From NCBI GenBank assembly GCA_038150305.1, contig JAYOTG010000009.1, positions 8,479 to 72,478 on the forward strand: a DNA stretch of 64,000 nucleotides. The letters run 5' to 3'. The translations under genes and the position numbers were made by a program. A model generated the notes under the pieces. That model was not told the DNA's origin, ran no database searches, and saw only the letters and a list, made by a program, of their open reading frames with translations. The DNA comes from Candidatus Poseidoniales archaeon. Lineage in GTDB: Archaea; Thermoplasmatota; Poseidoniia; Poseidoniales; Poseidoniaceae. Shown piece after piece: positions 26,545 to 35,400 of this stretch (positions within the stretch are counted from its first letter, which is position 1; each line of letters begins with the position of its first letter).

Positions 26545-27894
26545 TCACGCGATGGCTTGGCGCGCCAGTGCGACGGCTTCGTCGACGAGTTCACCTGAGA
26601 CGCCGATGTGGTTGGCGGGATTGAACATCGCTTCGAGGTCCTCGACGCTGAACACCGCGGTGATCTCGGGCGTCCGCATGCAGATGTCCATCAGGTGTTC
26701 GCCGGTTTCGACCGCGGTGAAGGAGGCGGTACGCAGGATCTCGTGAGCTTCATCACGGCCGATGCCGTGCGCGGTCAATTCGATCATCACCTTCTCGGCC
26801 ATGACTAAACCGCGCTGATCCTCGATGTTCTTCAGGCAACGCGCAGCGTCAACCCACATCCCTCGCAGGACCTTGGCGGTCTTGGCCAGCACGTCCTCGC
26901 ACAAGGCCGAGGCGTGCGAGAGCGTGAAGCGCTCCGCGCTGGAGTTGGCCAGGTCGCGCTCGTGCCAGAGGATGGCGTTCTCGTGGCTCGGTGCGATGAA
27001 CGAGCGCACAATGCGCGCAAGCCCGCTGGCGTTTTCGCTGGTGATGGGGTTCTTCTTGTGGGCCATCGTCGAGGAACCCACCTGCTTCTTGACGTCAAAG
27101 CCCTCACCTGCTTCAGCGATTTCAGAGCGTTGCAGGTTTCGGATTTCGGTCAAGACCTTCTGACAGGTCGTCGCCGTGTTGCCCATCCAGTGGACGTACT
27201 CGATGTACCGGTCACGGCCAACGACTTGGGTCGTGGCGAGGGGAACGCCCAGGCCAAGGTGCTCCAAGATCAAGCGTTGGAGTTCACGGGCACCCTCGCC
27301 TTGCGCAGCGCCCGTGCCCACGGCACCGAGGAATTTCCCAACGGCGATGCGTGGGCTGGCTTCGTCGAGTCGGACGAGGTGCCGGCGGAGTTCGTCCAGC
27401 CACACGGCGGCTTTCAGTCCGAAGGTGATGGGAACGGCGGCTTGACCGTGCGTTCGGCCGAGCATCACGGTGTCGCGTTCGCGTTCGGCGACGTCCGCGC
27501 ACACCGCGATGAGGTCGCACAGCGCCTTTCGCAGGAGGACGATGCTGTCGCGAAGCTGCAGCCCGACGGCGGTGTCAACGATGTCGTTGGAGGTCGCACC
27601 CAAGTGCACGCACCAGCCTGCGTCGCCCGCGGCTTCGGCCATGGCCTTGGTCAGGGCCATGATGTCGTGCCGCGTCTCAGCCTCGATTTCGCTGACCCTT
27701 TGCTTGGTGACCACGTCCGGCACCGCGATCTTCTCGATGACGGCATAGTCCTCAGCCGTGACACGGCCCATCTGGTGGTGAGCCCAGACCAAGGCGCGCT
27801 CAACTTCGAGTTGGCGCTCATGGCGGCCGTCTTCGGACCAAATCTGCTTGAAGTCTTGGCAGCCGTAGCGGTAATCCAACGGACAGAAGGCCAT
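26545..27894 (-). CDS. purB: Adenylosuccinate lyase
   Basis: CPLDYRYG start region. GATSNDIVDTA, GRTHGQAA-P and SSTMAHKKNP signature loop. Confidence 0.9.
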   Translation of the reverse strand: MAFCPLDYRYGCQDFKQIWSEDGRHERQLEVERALVWAHHQMGRVTAEDYAVIEKIAVPDVVTKQRVSEIEAETRHDIMALTKAMAEAAGDAGWCVHLGATSNDIVDTAVGLQLRDSIVLLRKALCDLIAVCADVAERERDTVMLGRTHGQAAVPITFGLKAAVWLDELRRHLVRLDEASPRIAVGKFLGAVGTGAAQGEGARELQRLILEHLGLGVPLATTQVVGRDRYIEYVHWMGNTATTCQKVLTEIRNLQRSEIAEAGEGFDVKKQVGSSTMAHKKNPITSENASGLARIVRSFIAPSHENAILWHERDLANSSAERFTLSHASALCEDVLAKTAKVLRGMWVDAARCLKNIEDQRGLVMAEKVMIELTAHGIGRDEAHEILRTASFTAVETGEHLMDICMRTPEITAVFSVEDLEAMFNPANHIGVSGELVDEAVALARQAIA

Positions 27895-27940
27895 GACGTT
27901 CGGCGTTGTGGCCGCCCCATCAACCTTCGCAGCCGGACGT

Positions 27941-28381
27941 TCACGAGGAACGTGCCGCTTCCGTGGAGGAACGCGCTTCACGCATGGCCATGCGGACCAT
28001 CAGGAGGGCGCAAAAGGAGGCGACCAGGAAGCCGCCGCCCACGAAGGGAGAGACGTTGCTCCACAGGATGGCCAAGCCGAGGAGGGAGGCATAGGCGATG
28101 ATTTGGCACACGGTGGACAAGCGCTCCAGCGTGCGCCGTTCGGCCGGAGCCAGATTCTGCGCGAAGGAGTCCGCGTAGGTGTGGATCATGAAGTACACCG
28201 CCTGAAACGGCAACGTCACCGCGATGAGTGTCAAGGCAAATTCCCGCGTCACGCTCGGGTTCATCTCCTGCTGAAGCCCATGCACCAGCATCACGGCCGT
28301 GTTGGACCCCAAGAGGGCGGCCATGATGGTCCAGCGTCGGTCGGTAAAGGCCATCGTCGCAGGAGGATGGCTCTGTTCCAT
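27941..28381 (-). CDS. Hypothetical 4-TM membrane protein
   Basis: Hydrophobic helices. The overlapping + strand ORF (27893-28663) has an Arg/Gly/His-rich shadow-ORF composition. Confidence 0.45.
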   Translation of the reverse strand: MEQSHPPATMAFTDRRWTIMAALLGSNTAVMLVHGLQQEMNPSVTREFALTLIAVTLPFQAVYFMIHTYADSFAQNLAPAERRTLERLSTVCQIIAYASLLGLAILWSNVSPFVGGGFLVASFCALLMVRMAMREARSSTEAARSS

Positions 28382-28419
28382 GACACAACTTGGGTCGAGA
28401 GGAGAATAGCCCTTGCGCT

Positions 28420-28635
28420 TCAGGACGAGCGAATCAGCAGAAGTCCGAGGGAGGTGATGGCGGCCACGATGAAGAGCAACACCATCATGCCCACGGGCCC
28501 GTACTGGTTCTTGTCGTTGACCGCAGTGCCGATGAGGCCGTGCGTTTTGATGGCCTCACCGAAGGAGCCGACTTCCGTGAATTCCGGAGCGGGGCGACGG
28601 GGGATGCGTTCTGCCTTCTTCGTCGCCTCGGCCAT
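28420..28635 (-). CDS. Small (71 aa) tail-anchored membrane protein
   Basis: Start at the internal ATG. Basic N-terminus and a single TM helix in the last ~25 aa (GPVGMMVLLFIVAAITSLGLLLIRSS). Confidence 0.4.
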   Translation of the reverse strand: MAEATKKAERIPRRPAPEFTEVGSFGEAIKTHGLIGTAVNDKNQYGPVGMMVLLFIVAAITSLGLLLIRSS

Positions 28636-28712
28636 GCTTTGGTCTACCGCTGCCACATCATGAGCGTTCCGACACCGGAAGCGTCTTTCTCCTTCGTCAA
28701 TCAACGCTGCGC

Positions 28713-29294
28713 ATGGCAGCATGGCGCCCCGCGTTCCAGGCGACGAAGGTTCACCTCGCGGGTGCCGCAGGGGCAGGGGCCACGAGCCTGGCGTTGCACA
28801 TGGCCAAGCAGGTGCTTGAGGACGGGGAGCGGGTGCTCTGGGCGGCGCCAGAGATGCCCGACCCCACGCGCTTTTCCCAAGTGCTCGGTGGGCTTCCGCC
28901 CACGGTGGCCACACGCTTTCACGCGATGAATTTGGTCGGGAGGATGGATTTGGTGACGAAATCGCTCCACCAAGCCGCAACGTCGCTGCCGGGTGTGGGC
29001 TTGGTGGTCATGGACGACTGGGCTCCCGCGACCGGCCGAATTCCGAAGGCCTCCTTTGACGCCCTGAGGGGACTCGCGTCGGGTCTGGGCGAGATCACGT
29101 TGCTCGCGACCACGAAACTTGGGACCGACATGGACGCTGAGGACGGGTTTCGGGTACGCTCCGAGGATCAGCTCATCGAGGCAGGATTTGCCTCGTGGCG
29201 GTTGACTCTGGAGCCAAACGGGGTTCGCTTGTTGGCGGGCCCGCACGAGACGCAGCGCGTGCGCGTCGTGGACGAAGGCTTGGATTTCGCCTAA
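28713..29294 (+). CDS. RecA/KaiC-superfamily mini-protein with degenerate Walker A
   Basis: VHLAGAAGAGATSLAL sits where GxxGxGKT/S is expected, with Ala replacing the lysine. LVVMDDW is Walker-B-like. The C-terminal VRVVDEGLDF resembles the KaiC/RadA ending. Confidence 0.5.
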   Translation: MAAWRPAFQATKVHLAGAAGAGATSLALHMAKQVLEDGERVLWAAPEMPDPTRFSQVLGGLPPTVATRFHAMNLVGRMDLVTKSLHQAATSLPGVGLVVMDDWAPATGRIPKASFDALRGLASGLGEITLLATTKLGTDMDAEDGFRVRSEDQLIEAGFASWRLTLEPNGVRLLAGPHETQRVRVVDEGLDFA

Positions 29295-29533
29295 TCCTCG
29301 TCTTCGTTGAGCAAATCGCCCATCATTTCGAGGTCCTCTTCTGTGGGCTCATCGAAGGCTTCCGGTCGTCGAGCGCCGCCTTCCAAGGGGTCCTCACCGG
29401 CCACCTTCGGGCCGGTCTTGGCCAGTGCAGCGGCTCGGTTCTGGCGGGCCTTCCACACCACAAAGGCGAGCAGTCCAAGGAACACAAGTCCCGCAAGCAC
29501 GGTCACGACGTCAACGCCGGTTTCTTCGGTCAT
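29291..29533 (-). CDS. Small single-pass membrane protein with acidic C-terminal tail
   Basis: N-terminal TM helix (VVTVLAGLVFLGLLAFVVW), then a tail ending EEDLEMMGDLLNEDED. Confidence 0.4.
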   Translation of the reverse strand: MTEETGVDVVTVLAGLVFLGLLAFVVWKARQNRAAALAKTGPKVAGEDPLEGGARRPEAFDEPTEEDLEMMGDLLNEDED

Positions 29534-29599
29534 GTGAGGAGGTGTGCATGGTCTGTTAGGAAGATGCCGGTGAATTGGAATCAGCGCACGACCGTTTGG

Positions 29600-30787
29600 T
29601 CACCTCACGCCGAGCTCAGGGGCAAGATGGCGCCGTCGATCCAGCGGAGGTTGCACCCATCCGCTCGGCGTCACCGGCGTACCGATCCAGCGGTCCGGCT
29701 CACGGTGTGGGCAGGAGGGGCAACGCAGCCCTTGGTGTCGGCCAGCGGATTTCATGCGAATGCCGCAGGTTGGGCACAGCGGGCGCGATGTGTCTCGAAG
29801 AGGTCCGGCGACGTGATTCAACGCTTCGAGGTGGAGCCCCTCGCGGCCTTCCTCATCGCTGACCAGGCCAAGGCCCTGCACCACGTCACCGGTGACCAGT
29901 TGCGCGGCAAGGTGGCGCAGTTCATCAGACGGCGCGAAGGCGAGCCAGGTGCCCTCAGAGGTGTCGAGGGCCACATGGCCTCCACGCAAGATGTGGACCT
30001 TGTCCACGGTCGCTTCGAGGGCAGGCGGCAAGTGATCCCCGCTTCCCTGGTTGGTTTGGAAAATGCGCATGCCGGCCACGTCTTCCGTCCCTTTCGCCTC
30101 GACAAGATCCCGGACGCCCTGCTCAACGGCGCTTCGATTCGTGCCTCGCAGGCCGAACAGCACGGGCGACGTACCGCGTGGTGCCAGCAGACTGCGTCCT
30201 TTTCGAGGGTCTCGGCACGCGACCAAACCAGGGTCATGGTCGAGACGTTCCATGACTCCCTCGTCCAATTGGCGCGCTCGGTCGTGACGCTGCCGCCATG
30301 CAATGCCTTCCCAGGTTGACACGCTCAGAGGCCAGGCAACGGCCGCCGTGGCGCCGATGATACCCTGTCCTCCTGCCGACCACGTTGCTTCAGGTGCAGC
30401 GTCAACGGCCACTTCTTCGGCAACTGCCATTCTATAGAATGAAGGAGGGGGCTTTGATTCAAACCACACCAGGCCAGGATCGCTTGGGACCTGCGTTCGC
30501 GCAGCATGCGTGGACGGCGTCCACAACCCCGCCAAGGTGGCAAGATGCGCCTCCCAATACTGCTCGAGCCAGAGGTGCCACGTCGTGGCGTCAAGTCGCA
30601 CGTCAAGTTCAACGGCCAAGGCCGCGTTTCCACGGGTTCTGGCTTTTGCCATGGGATACAAACGGACGAGGCACGGGTCCCCAACGACGGAGACCTCCGG
30701 GGGCAAGGACGAGAGCAGCTGGTGCATCGTCCACGTGGTGCATCCTCCTCCGAGGTGGTCAGTGTCGTCCAGGCCAAGCCAACCCAC
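29600..30787 (-). CDS. tiaS: tRNA(Ile2) 2-agmatinylcytidine synthetase TiaS
   Basis: GLDDTDHLGGGCTTW start, RTRGNAA, and a C-terminal zinc ribbon CPTCGIRMKSAGRHQGLRCPSC. Colinear with my memory of A. fulgidus TiaS. GTG start abuts the upstream stop. Confidence 0.85.
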   Translation of the reverse strand: MGWLGLDDTDHLGGGCTTWTMHQLLSSLPPEVSVVGDPCLVRLYPMAKARTRGNAALAVELDVRLDATTWHLWLEQYWEAHLATLAGLWTPSTHAARTQVPSDPGLVWFESKPPPSFYRMAVAEEVAVDAAPEATWSAGGQGIIGATAAVAWPLSVSTWEGIAWRQRHDRARQLDEGVMERLDHDPGLVACRDPRKGRSLLAPRGTSPVLFGLRGTNRSAVEQGVRDLVEAKGTEDVAGMRIFQTNQGSGDHLPPALEATVDKVHILRGGHVALDTSEGTWLAFAPSDELRHLAAQLVTGDVVQGLGLVSDEEGREGLHLEALNHVAGPLRDTSRPLCPTCGIRMKSAGRHQGLRCPSCPHREPDRWIGTPVTPSGWVQPPLDRRRHLAPELGVR

Positions 30788-31399
30788 TCACCTCACCTTG
30801 TCCCCGGGGTCGTCACGATCCAACAAACGCGCGAGCAACGGTTCCAGCCCAAGGTCCCGCATGGCTCGGAAGGTGCGTGCTCCGAAGCCCAATCCTGCTC
30901 TGACGTCGCTTCCGCGATCGCCGACCATGACGTCTGCATCGTCCGCTGAGGCCTCAGCGTTCTCCAGGCGTTGCCGAAGCACGCCGAAGCCGTGTTCTGA
31001 GCGGAGCAGGGATGCGCCAAGGCTCAGCATGCCGGTCTTCGGCTTGCGGCATCCGCACCCAGCCCAAGGCACGTGCGGGCAGGCCAGAATGAGGTCGGGT
31101 TGCGCCCCTGCGGCGGCAAGCATTGCATCGAACCGGTCATGGATCTGGTGCAACCGTTCGTCGTCCCACACCCCTCGGCCGACCGCGGACTGGTTGGTGA
31201 CCACGCACAGGAGGAAGCCTTCGTCCCTGAGCATCCGCATCGCTCGTTCAGTCCCTTGAAGGAGCTCCAATTCGTGTGGGTGGTTCACGTACCCATCGAG
31301 GCTCTTGTTCAGCACGCCATCGCGGTCGAGAAAGGCGATTGGAGCTTGTTCGCGCCCACCAGCAAACGGGCGCAGCGCGTGCGCAATGGGCCCGTCCAT
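30788..31399 (-). CDS. HAD-IIIA phosphatase (GmhB / histidinol-phosphatase-like)
   Basis: FLDRDGVLN, VVTNQSAVGRG, CPH...C-CRKPK-GML and GDRGSD motifs. Confidence 0.75.
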   Translation of the reverse strand: MDGPIAHALRPFAGGREQAPIAFLDRDGVLNKSLDGYVNHPHELELLQGTERAMRMLRDEGFLLCVVTNQSAVGRGVWDDERLHQIHDRFDAMLAAAGAQPDLILACPHVPWAGCGCRKPKTGMLSLGASLLRSEHGFGVLRQRLENAEASADDADVMVGDRGSDVRAGLGFGARTFRAMRDLGLEPLLARLLDRDDPGDKVR

Positions 31400-31469
31400 G
31401 CTTGACCTTCTCCACACCGGCCCTTGAGGTTGGCCACTGCCCCTCACCGAAGGGGTTCAACGAGGAGGG

Positions 31470-32414
31470 TTGAAGACGGACGCGAACGGGGTTCAGGTCA
31501 TGGCGGGCGCCTCGGTGGAATCCATCGGCCTGCTCGCCATGGGCATGGTTCTCCTTGGGGTTTCCTTGTCGAAACGGAGCAACCTCTACCGCGTCAGCCT
31601 CCTTGCATGGCCGCTGGTTGGTCTCGGTTTTTTCCTGATGGCCGACGGCTACTGGCAGGAACGCGACCCCGTGCTGACCGTCATGCTGAGTGCAGCCCTC
31701 CCGGCCTCGATCGGCCTTGCGTGGTGGGAATGGAAGGTGGAGGATGCGCGTGATGCGTCGGCACTTCGCTGGTTGAAAGGCGCGGTGGCGCTCGCAGGCT
31801 TGCCTTACCTGGCCACCTACCACGTGCCCTGGCTCAGTCGGCTGGCCATTGTCGCGGTCGCTTCGCAATCCGCCCTGATGCTGCGCTTCACCGGAGCGGG
31901 TGACGTGCATGTCGGAGAAACCTACGTCAGCACACCCGAGGGGCAGGTGTTGTGGCAAGAGTGGGAGGGCAACGTCTGGTTTTGGAGCCAGCCCTTCGGT
32001 GAATATCCCATCCAAACGGATCTCATCTGGGCGGACGGTTCCTCTGTGGGCGTCAACATCGTTCTGGCCTGCACCGCGCTCCAGTCGATGATCGTCTTTG
32101 TCGGCGCCATCGCCGTGCTGGACATGCCGTGGAAGCGCCGCGTGCGCGCGCTCCTGCTGACACTGCCGCTAATTCACGTGCTCAACATTTTCCGCAACGC
32201 AGGCATCGTCTGGCTGCACGCCATCCATGGTTCAGTCGACGTTTTCGGCCTCCGCATGTTTGAATTCGCACACACCTATGCCGCTCGCGTCGTCGCGCTG
32301 TTGGCCATGTATGGACTGGCCCTCGTGATGTTCCGACTGCTACCTGAGCTTCACGCACACGTGTTGCGGTTGATGCGGCCCATTCAACTCGCGTTGAAAC
32401 CGAAGTCGTCCTGA
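31470..32414 (+). CDS. Archaeosortase/exosortase-family integral membrane protein
   Basis: Polytopic. Candidate Cys/Arg/His catalytic positions in the usual order (IVLACTALQSM; NIFRNAGI; EFAHTY). TTG at 31470 or ATG at 31500 as start. Confidence 0.6.
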   Translation: MKTDANGVQVMAGASVESIGLLAMGMVLLGVSLSKRSNLYRVSLLAWPLVGLGFFLMADGYWQERDPVLTVMLSAALPASIGLAWWEWKVEDARDASALRWLKGAVALAGLPYLATYHVPWLSRLAIVAVASQSALMLRFTGAGDVHVGETYVSTPEGQVLWQEWEGNVWFWSQPFGEYPIQTDLIWADGSSVGVNIVLACTALQSMIVFVGAIAVLDMPWKRRVRALLLTLPLIHVLNIFRNAGIVWLHAIHGSVDVFGLRMFEFAHTYAARVVALLAMYGLALVMFRLLPELHAHVLRLMRPIQLALKPKSS

Positions 32415-32417
32415 CGT

Positions 32418-32432
32418 CGCACGCGGCGTGCG
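32418..32432. terminator. 15-nt palindrome between convergent stops (possible bidirectional terminator hairpin)
   Basis: CGCACGC-G-GCGTGCG fills most of the 19-nt spacer between the archaeosortase stop (32414) and the adhesin stop (32434). Confidence 0.3.
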
Positions 32433-32433
32433 C

Positions 32434-35400
32434 TCATCGCCACTCGAGTGGTTCGCTTGGCAACGCATTGTTCAACGGCGGTGGCAGGTCGGTCATGCCA
32501 GGAACTTCGTGTCCCTGTGCCGCGGGGGTATTGCTGACTGCATCCGGGGTCGGGTCGTACGCCATGGACGGTTCCTGAGCCATGGTTGCGGGCTCGAAGA
32601 GGTCTGGCATGCGCTTCTCGTCCCCGAGTTCCCCCCACGGGTCAACGGACTGTGCACCACCGGGGCCTCGGCGGAGCATGGTCAAGAGCAGGACGATGAC
32701 CAAGCCGAGGACGGCGACGGCCGCTCCGTAGGTCACCATGCTGTCGTTGACGCCCGCGACGAGGTCTGCATTGTCGCCCACGCCATCACCGTCTGAGTCT
32801 TCGCTCTCGTCGGGGTCTTCCGGGAACGCGTCGTCTTCGTTGGGGACCCCGTCGCCGTCCATGTCAAGTGGGTCATAGGTCGTTGAACAAGCCAGCGTGT
32901 GACGCTCAGCCTCACGGTCGTCGATGTCGCCGTCGCCGTCTCGGTCGATGGCCTCCAGATCAATCTCGTTCAGGTAGTCCACCGTTTCCAAATCCTCGAG
33001 CGCGATGGCATCGGCCTCGTCGGCTTGTTCCCAAATGAAGAGGAATTCTTGTGCGCAGGAGCACAAATCGGCTTCCAGTTCGGCCATTTGGAGGCGCTCG
33101 TCTTGGTTGCGATCGAGGTCTTCACCCGGCGTTCCCGTGTCGGGATGCGGACGGTGCTCGTCGAGGCTGACCATGCCGTCTCCGTTCATGTCGAGGTCAC
33201 TGAACCACTCGATGGTCCGCTCTTCGCAGCCTTGAGGTTCGAATGGTTCGTCGTTGTTCACTTCATCGTCGTCGTCCACGGGCGGAAAATCGGCCTCAAC
33301 CCACGTCGCCATGATGCCGAATGCACTCAGGTCTTCTACCACCTCAACGGTGACGTCAAAGCGGCCGTTGGCGGCGATGTCCATGTACCAGAACCAATTG
33401 GCGCCGTCGCCCTCGATCCACGTGGCTTCGCCCCACTGGCGTCCACGAGGCCCTTCCTCGAAGACCAGGTCCCAGTCGTAGGGCTCCGCTTCGCCGTCGA
33501 GTTCGATGGCCCCACCTTCGCCCCATGTCGTGACCTCAAGCGGAGAGGCGGGTTCCTCGAGGATGCCGAAGAATTCCAACACCGTGCCTTCCTCTGCTTC
33601 GATGCCCACGATGGCCTCTCCGTTGAACAACTGGATGGGTTCACCGTCCCAATCCCAGACGTAACGGTCTGCAAACTCCGCAAGGATGGAGGTGCCGCTG
33701 AACACCCGGTCGGTGTGCACGAGGATCATCCACGTTCCCGGGGTGGGGTCGTTGAACGCGACCATGTCGTTCGAGCCAGGCGACGTGCTTCGGTGGTCGT
33801 AGACCGTTTGGGTCGGCGTGGATGCGTACGCGAGGTGAAGGTCGGCTTCGCCGACACCGTCATCCAAGCTGACTTCCAGCCGTTCGGTGCCCTCAGGCAC
33901 CTCGATGGAGAAGTATTGGCTGAGGCCGTCGTAGCCGGAAAAGGGGCCATACGGAACGCCTGCGGTCAGGGCAATGGCGTCGGAGGCCTCGCCGTTGGTC
34001 GGCATTGGTGTCAGGTCGGCGACGATGCTGAAATCGAAGGCCCGCCCCCATGTGTACGCCGTCACGTAGTAGGTTCCGGGTTCAACGTTGTAGAGGTGAA
34101 CCTCCTCGTCGTTTCCAGGACCCATCGACCAATCTTCGTACGCTTCGACGTTCACGTCTTCCTCACCGAGGAAACCGGGGGCTCCGATGATGTCCCAGTC
34201 GTCCCACTCGCTCCATTGCCCGAAGGGGTCCGGTGGGCCCCCGTAGGAGATGGCGAGTTCGACGTTGCCGTCGCCGCCGTACGTTTCCACGGCGAGGTCG
34301 GCCAGCGGCTCTGTGACGTTGACGTAATACTGGATCGTGTCGCCGAACTCATTCCCGCGTTGGCTTTGCAGGTCTTGATTGGCGACCGGAATGCCGTGCT
34401 TGAGCTCAATCATGTCCTCCAAGGTGGGCGGTGCTTCAGCAACGTCCCACTCCGCCCACAGGCTGAATTCTTGGAGATCGGCGTTGGCGTTCAGGGCGAA
34501 CCAGTGCACGCCCGCATCAGGCCAGCTGTACGAGGTGAAGACGCCGCCCCAACCCCAGTTCTGGACCTCATCCATGTGCGACCAAGCCGAAGGCACGCGG
34601 TTGATGTCGTGGTAGAGGTTGAACTCTGCATCGCCTTCTTCCTTCCCTTCACCGGTTGACCATGCGAAGGCTTGGACCGTCATCGAGCGGGTGTATTCAG
34701 GGAGTTCGGCAAAGAAGAGCAGCGTGTCGCCGGCGCTCACGTCGTCAATGGCGAGTTCATCGCCGTTCTCAAGTTCGATGGCCTGAGCCACAATTGAGCC
34801 GTCGGGCATCACCCACGCCGCGCCATGGATGGTGCCGTTCCTGTTGGCGTTGTCCATGGTCAGGTCTCCCTCGCCTTCGCCGAAGGTCCACGCAGAGAGT
34901 GGGCTCTCGGCTTGGGTGAGGCTGTGGTTACCGCTCGTGGACGTGACGCGGAGATCCTCAGAACTGATGCTGACGTGGTCGATCATGCCTTCGAAGTGGT
35001 AGCGGTCTGCGCCTGCGCCGTGGCGTCCAATCACCAGGTTTTCACAGGCAAGACCTGCATCGTAACAGTCGTTGGAGCCGAAGTCACCGGCGGGGATCTC
35101 GGCTTGTGTGGCGTCAAACGAGCCGATAGGCGCACCGTTGAGGAAGAAGGTGCCACCCGTGGATGCGTTCACGGCGACGGCCACGGTCGACCACGTGTCC
35201 GGACTCAGCGTCATGTTGGCTTCGCTCAGGGCGTTCTTGGACAGGCTGTATTCTGAGGAATACCCAAGCCGTCCGTCGTCCAGGTACAGGCCATAACCGT
35301 GGTCGCCGTACATCACCACAGTGTGAATGCCGTCGAGATCTGTGGGATAGACCCGCGCTTCGATGGTCAATTCACCCTCTGTGGAGGGGGCGCGCAGGGA

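Noticed and set aside
28420-28635. Sec61-beta/SecG identity for the 71-aa tail-anchored protein
   Set aside because: There is only a vague resemblance: a GL-containing segment, then a C-terminal TM helix. The characteristic motif spacing was not convincing by eye, so it is left as hypothetical.
27893-28929. Plus-strand ORFs 27893-28663 (256 aa) and 28390-28929 (179 aa)
   Set aside because: Both have Arg/Gly/His-rich shadow composition. The minus-strand alternatives give coherent TM helices and fit the purB operon spacing.
32434-32760. PGF-CTERM-type archaeosortase signal on the giant lectin/LamG protein
   Set aside because: The single TM helix is followed by about 95 further residues rather than a short basic stub, and no PGF-like motif precedes it.
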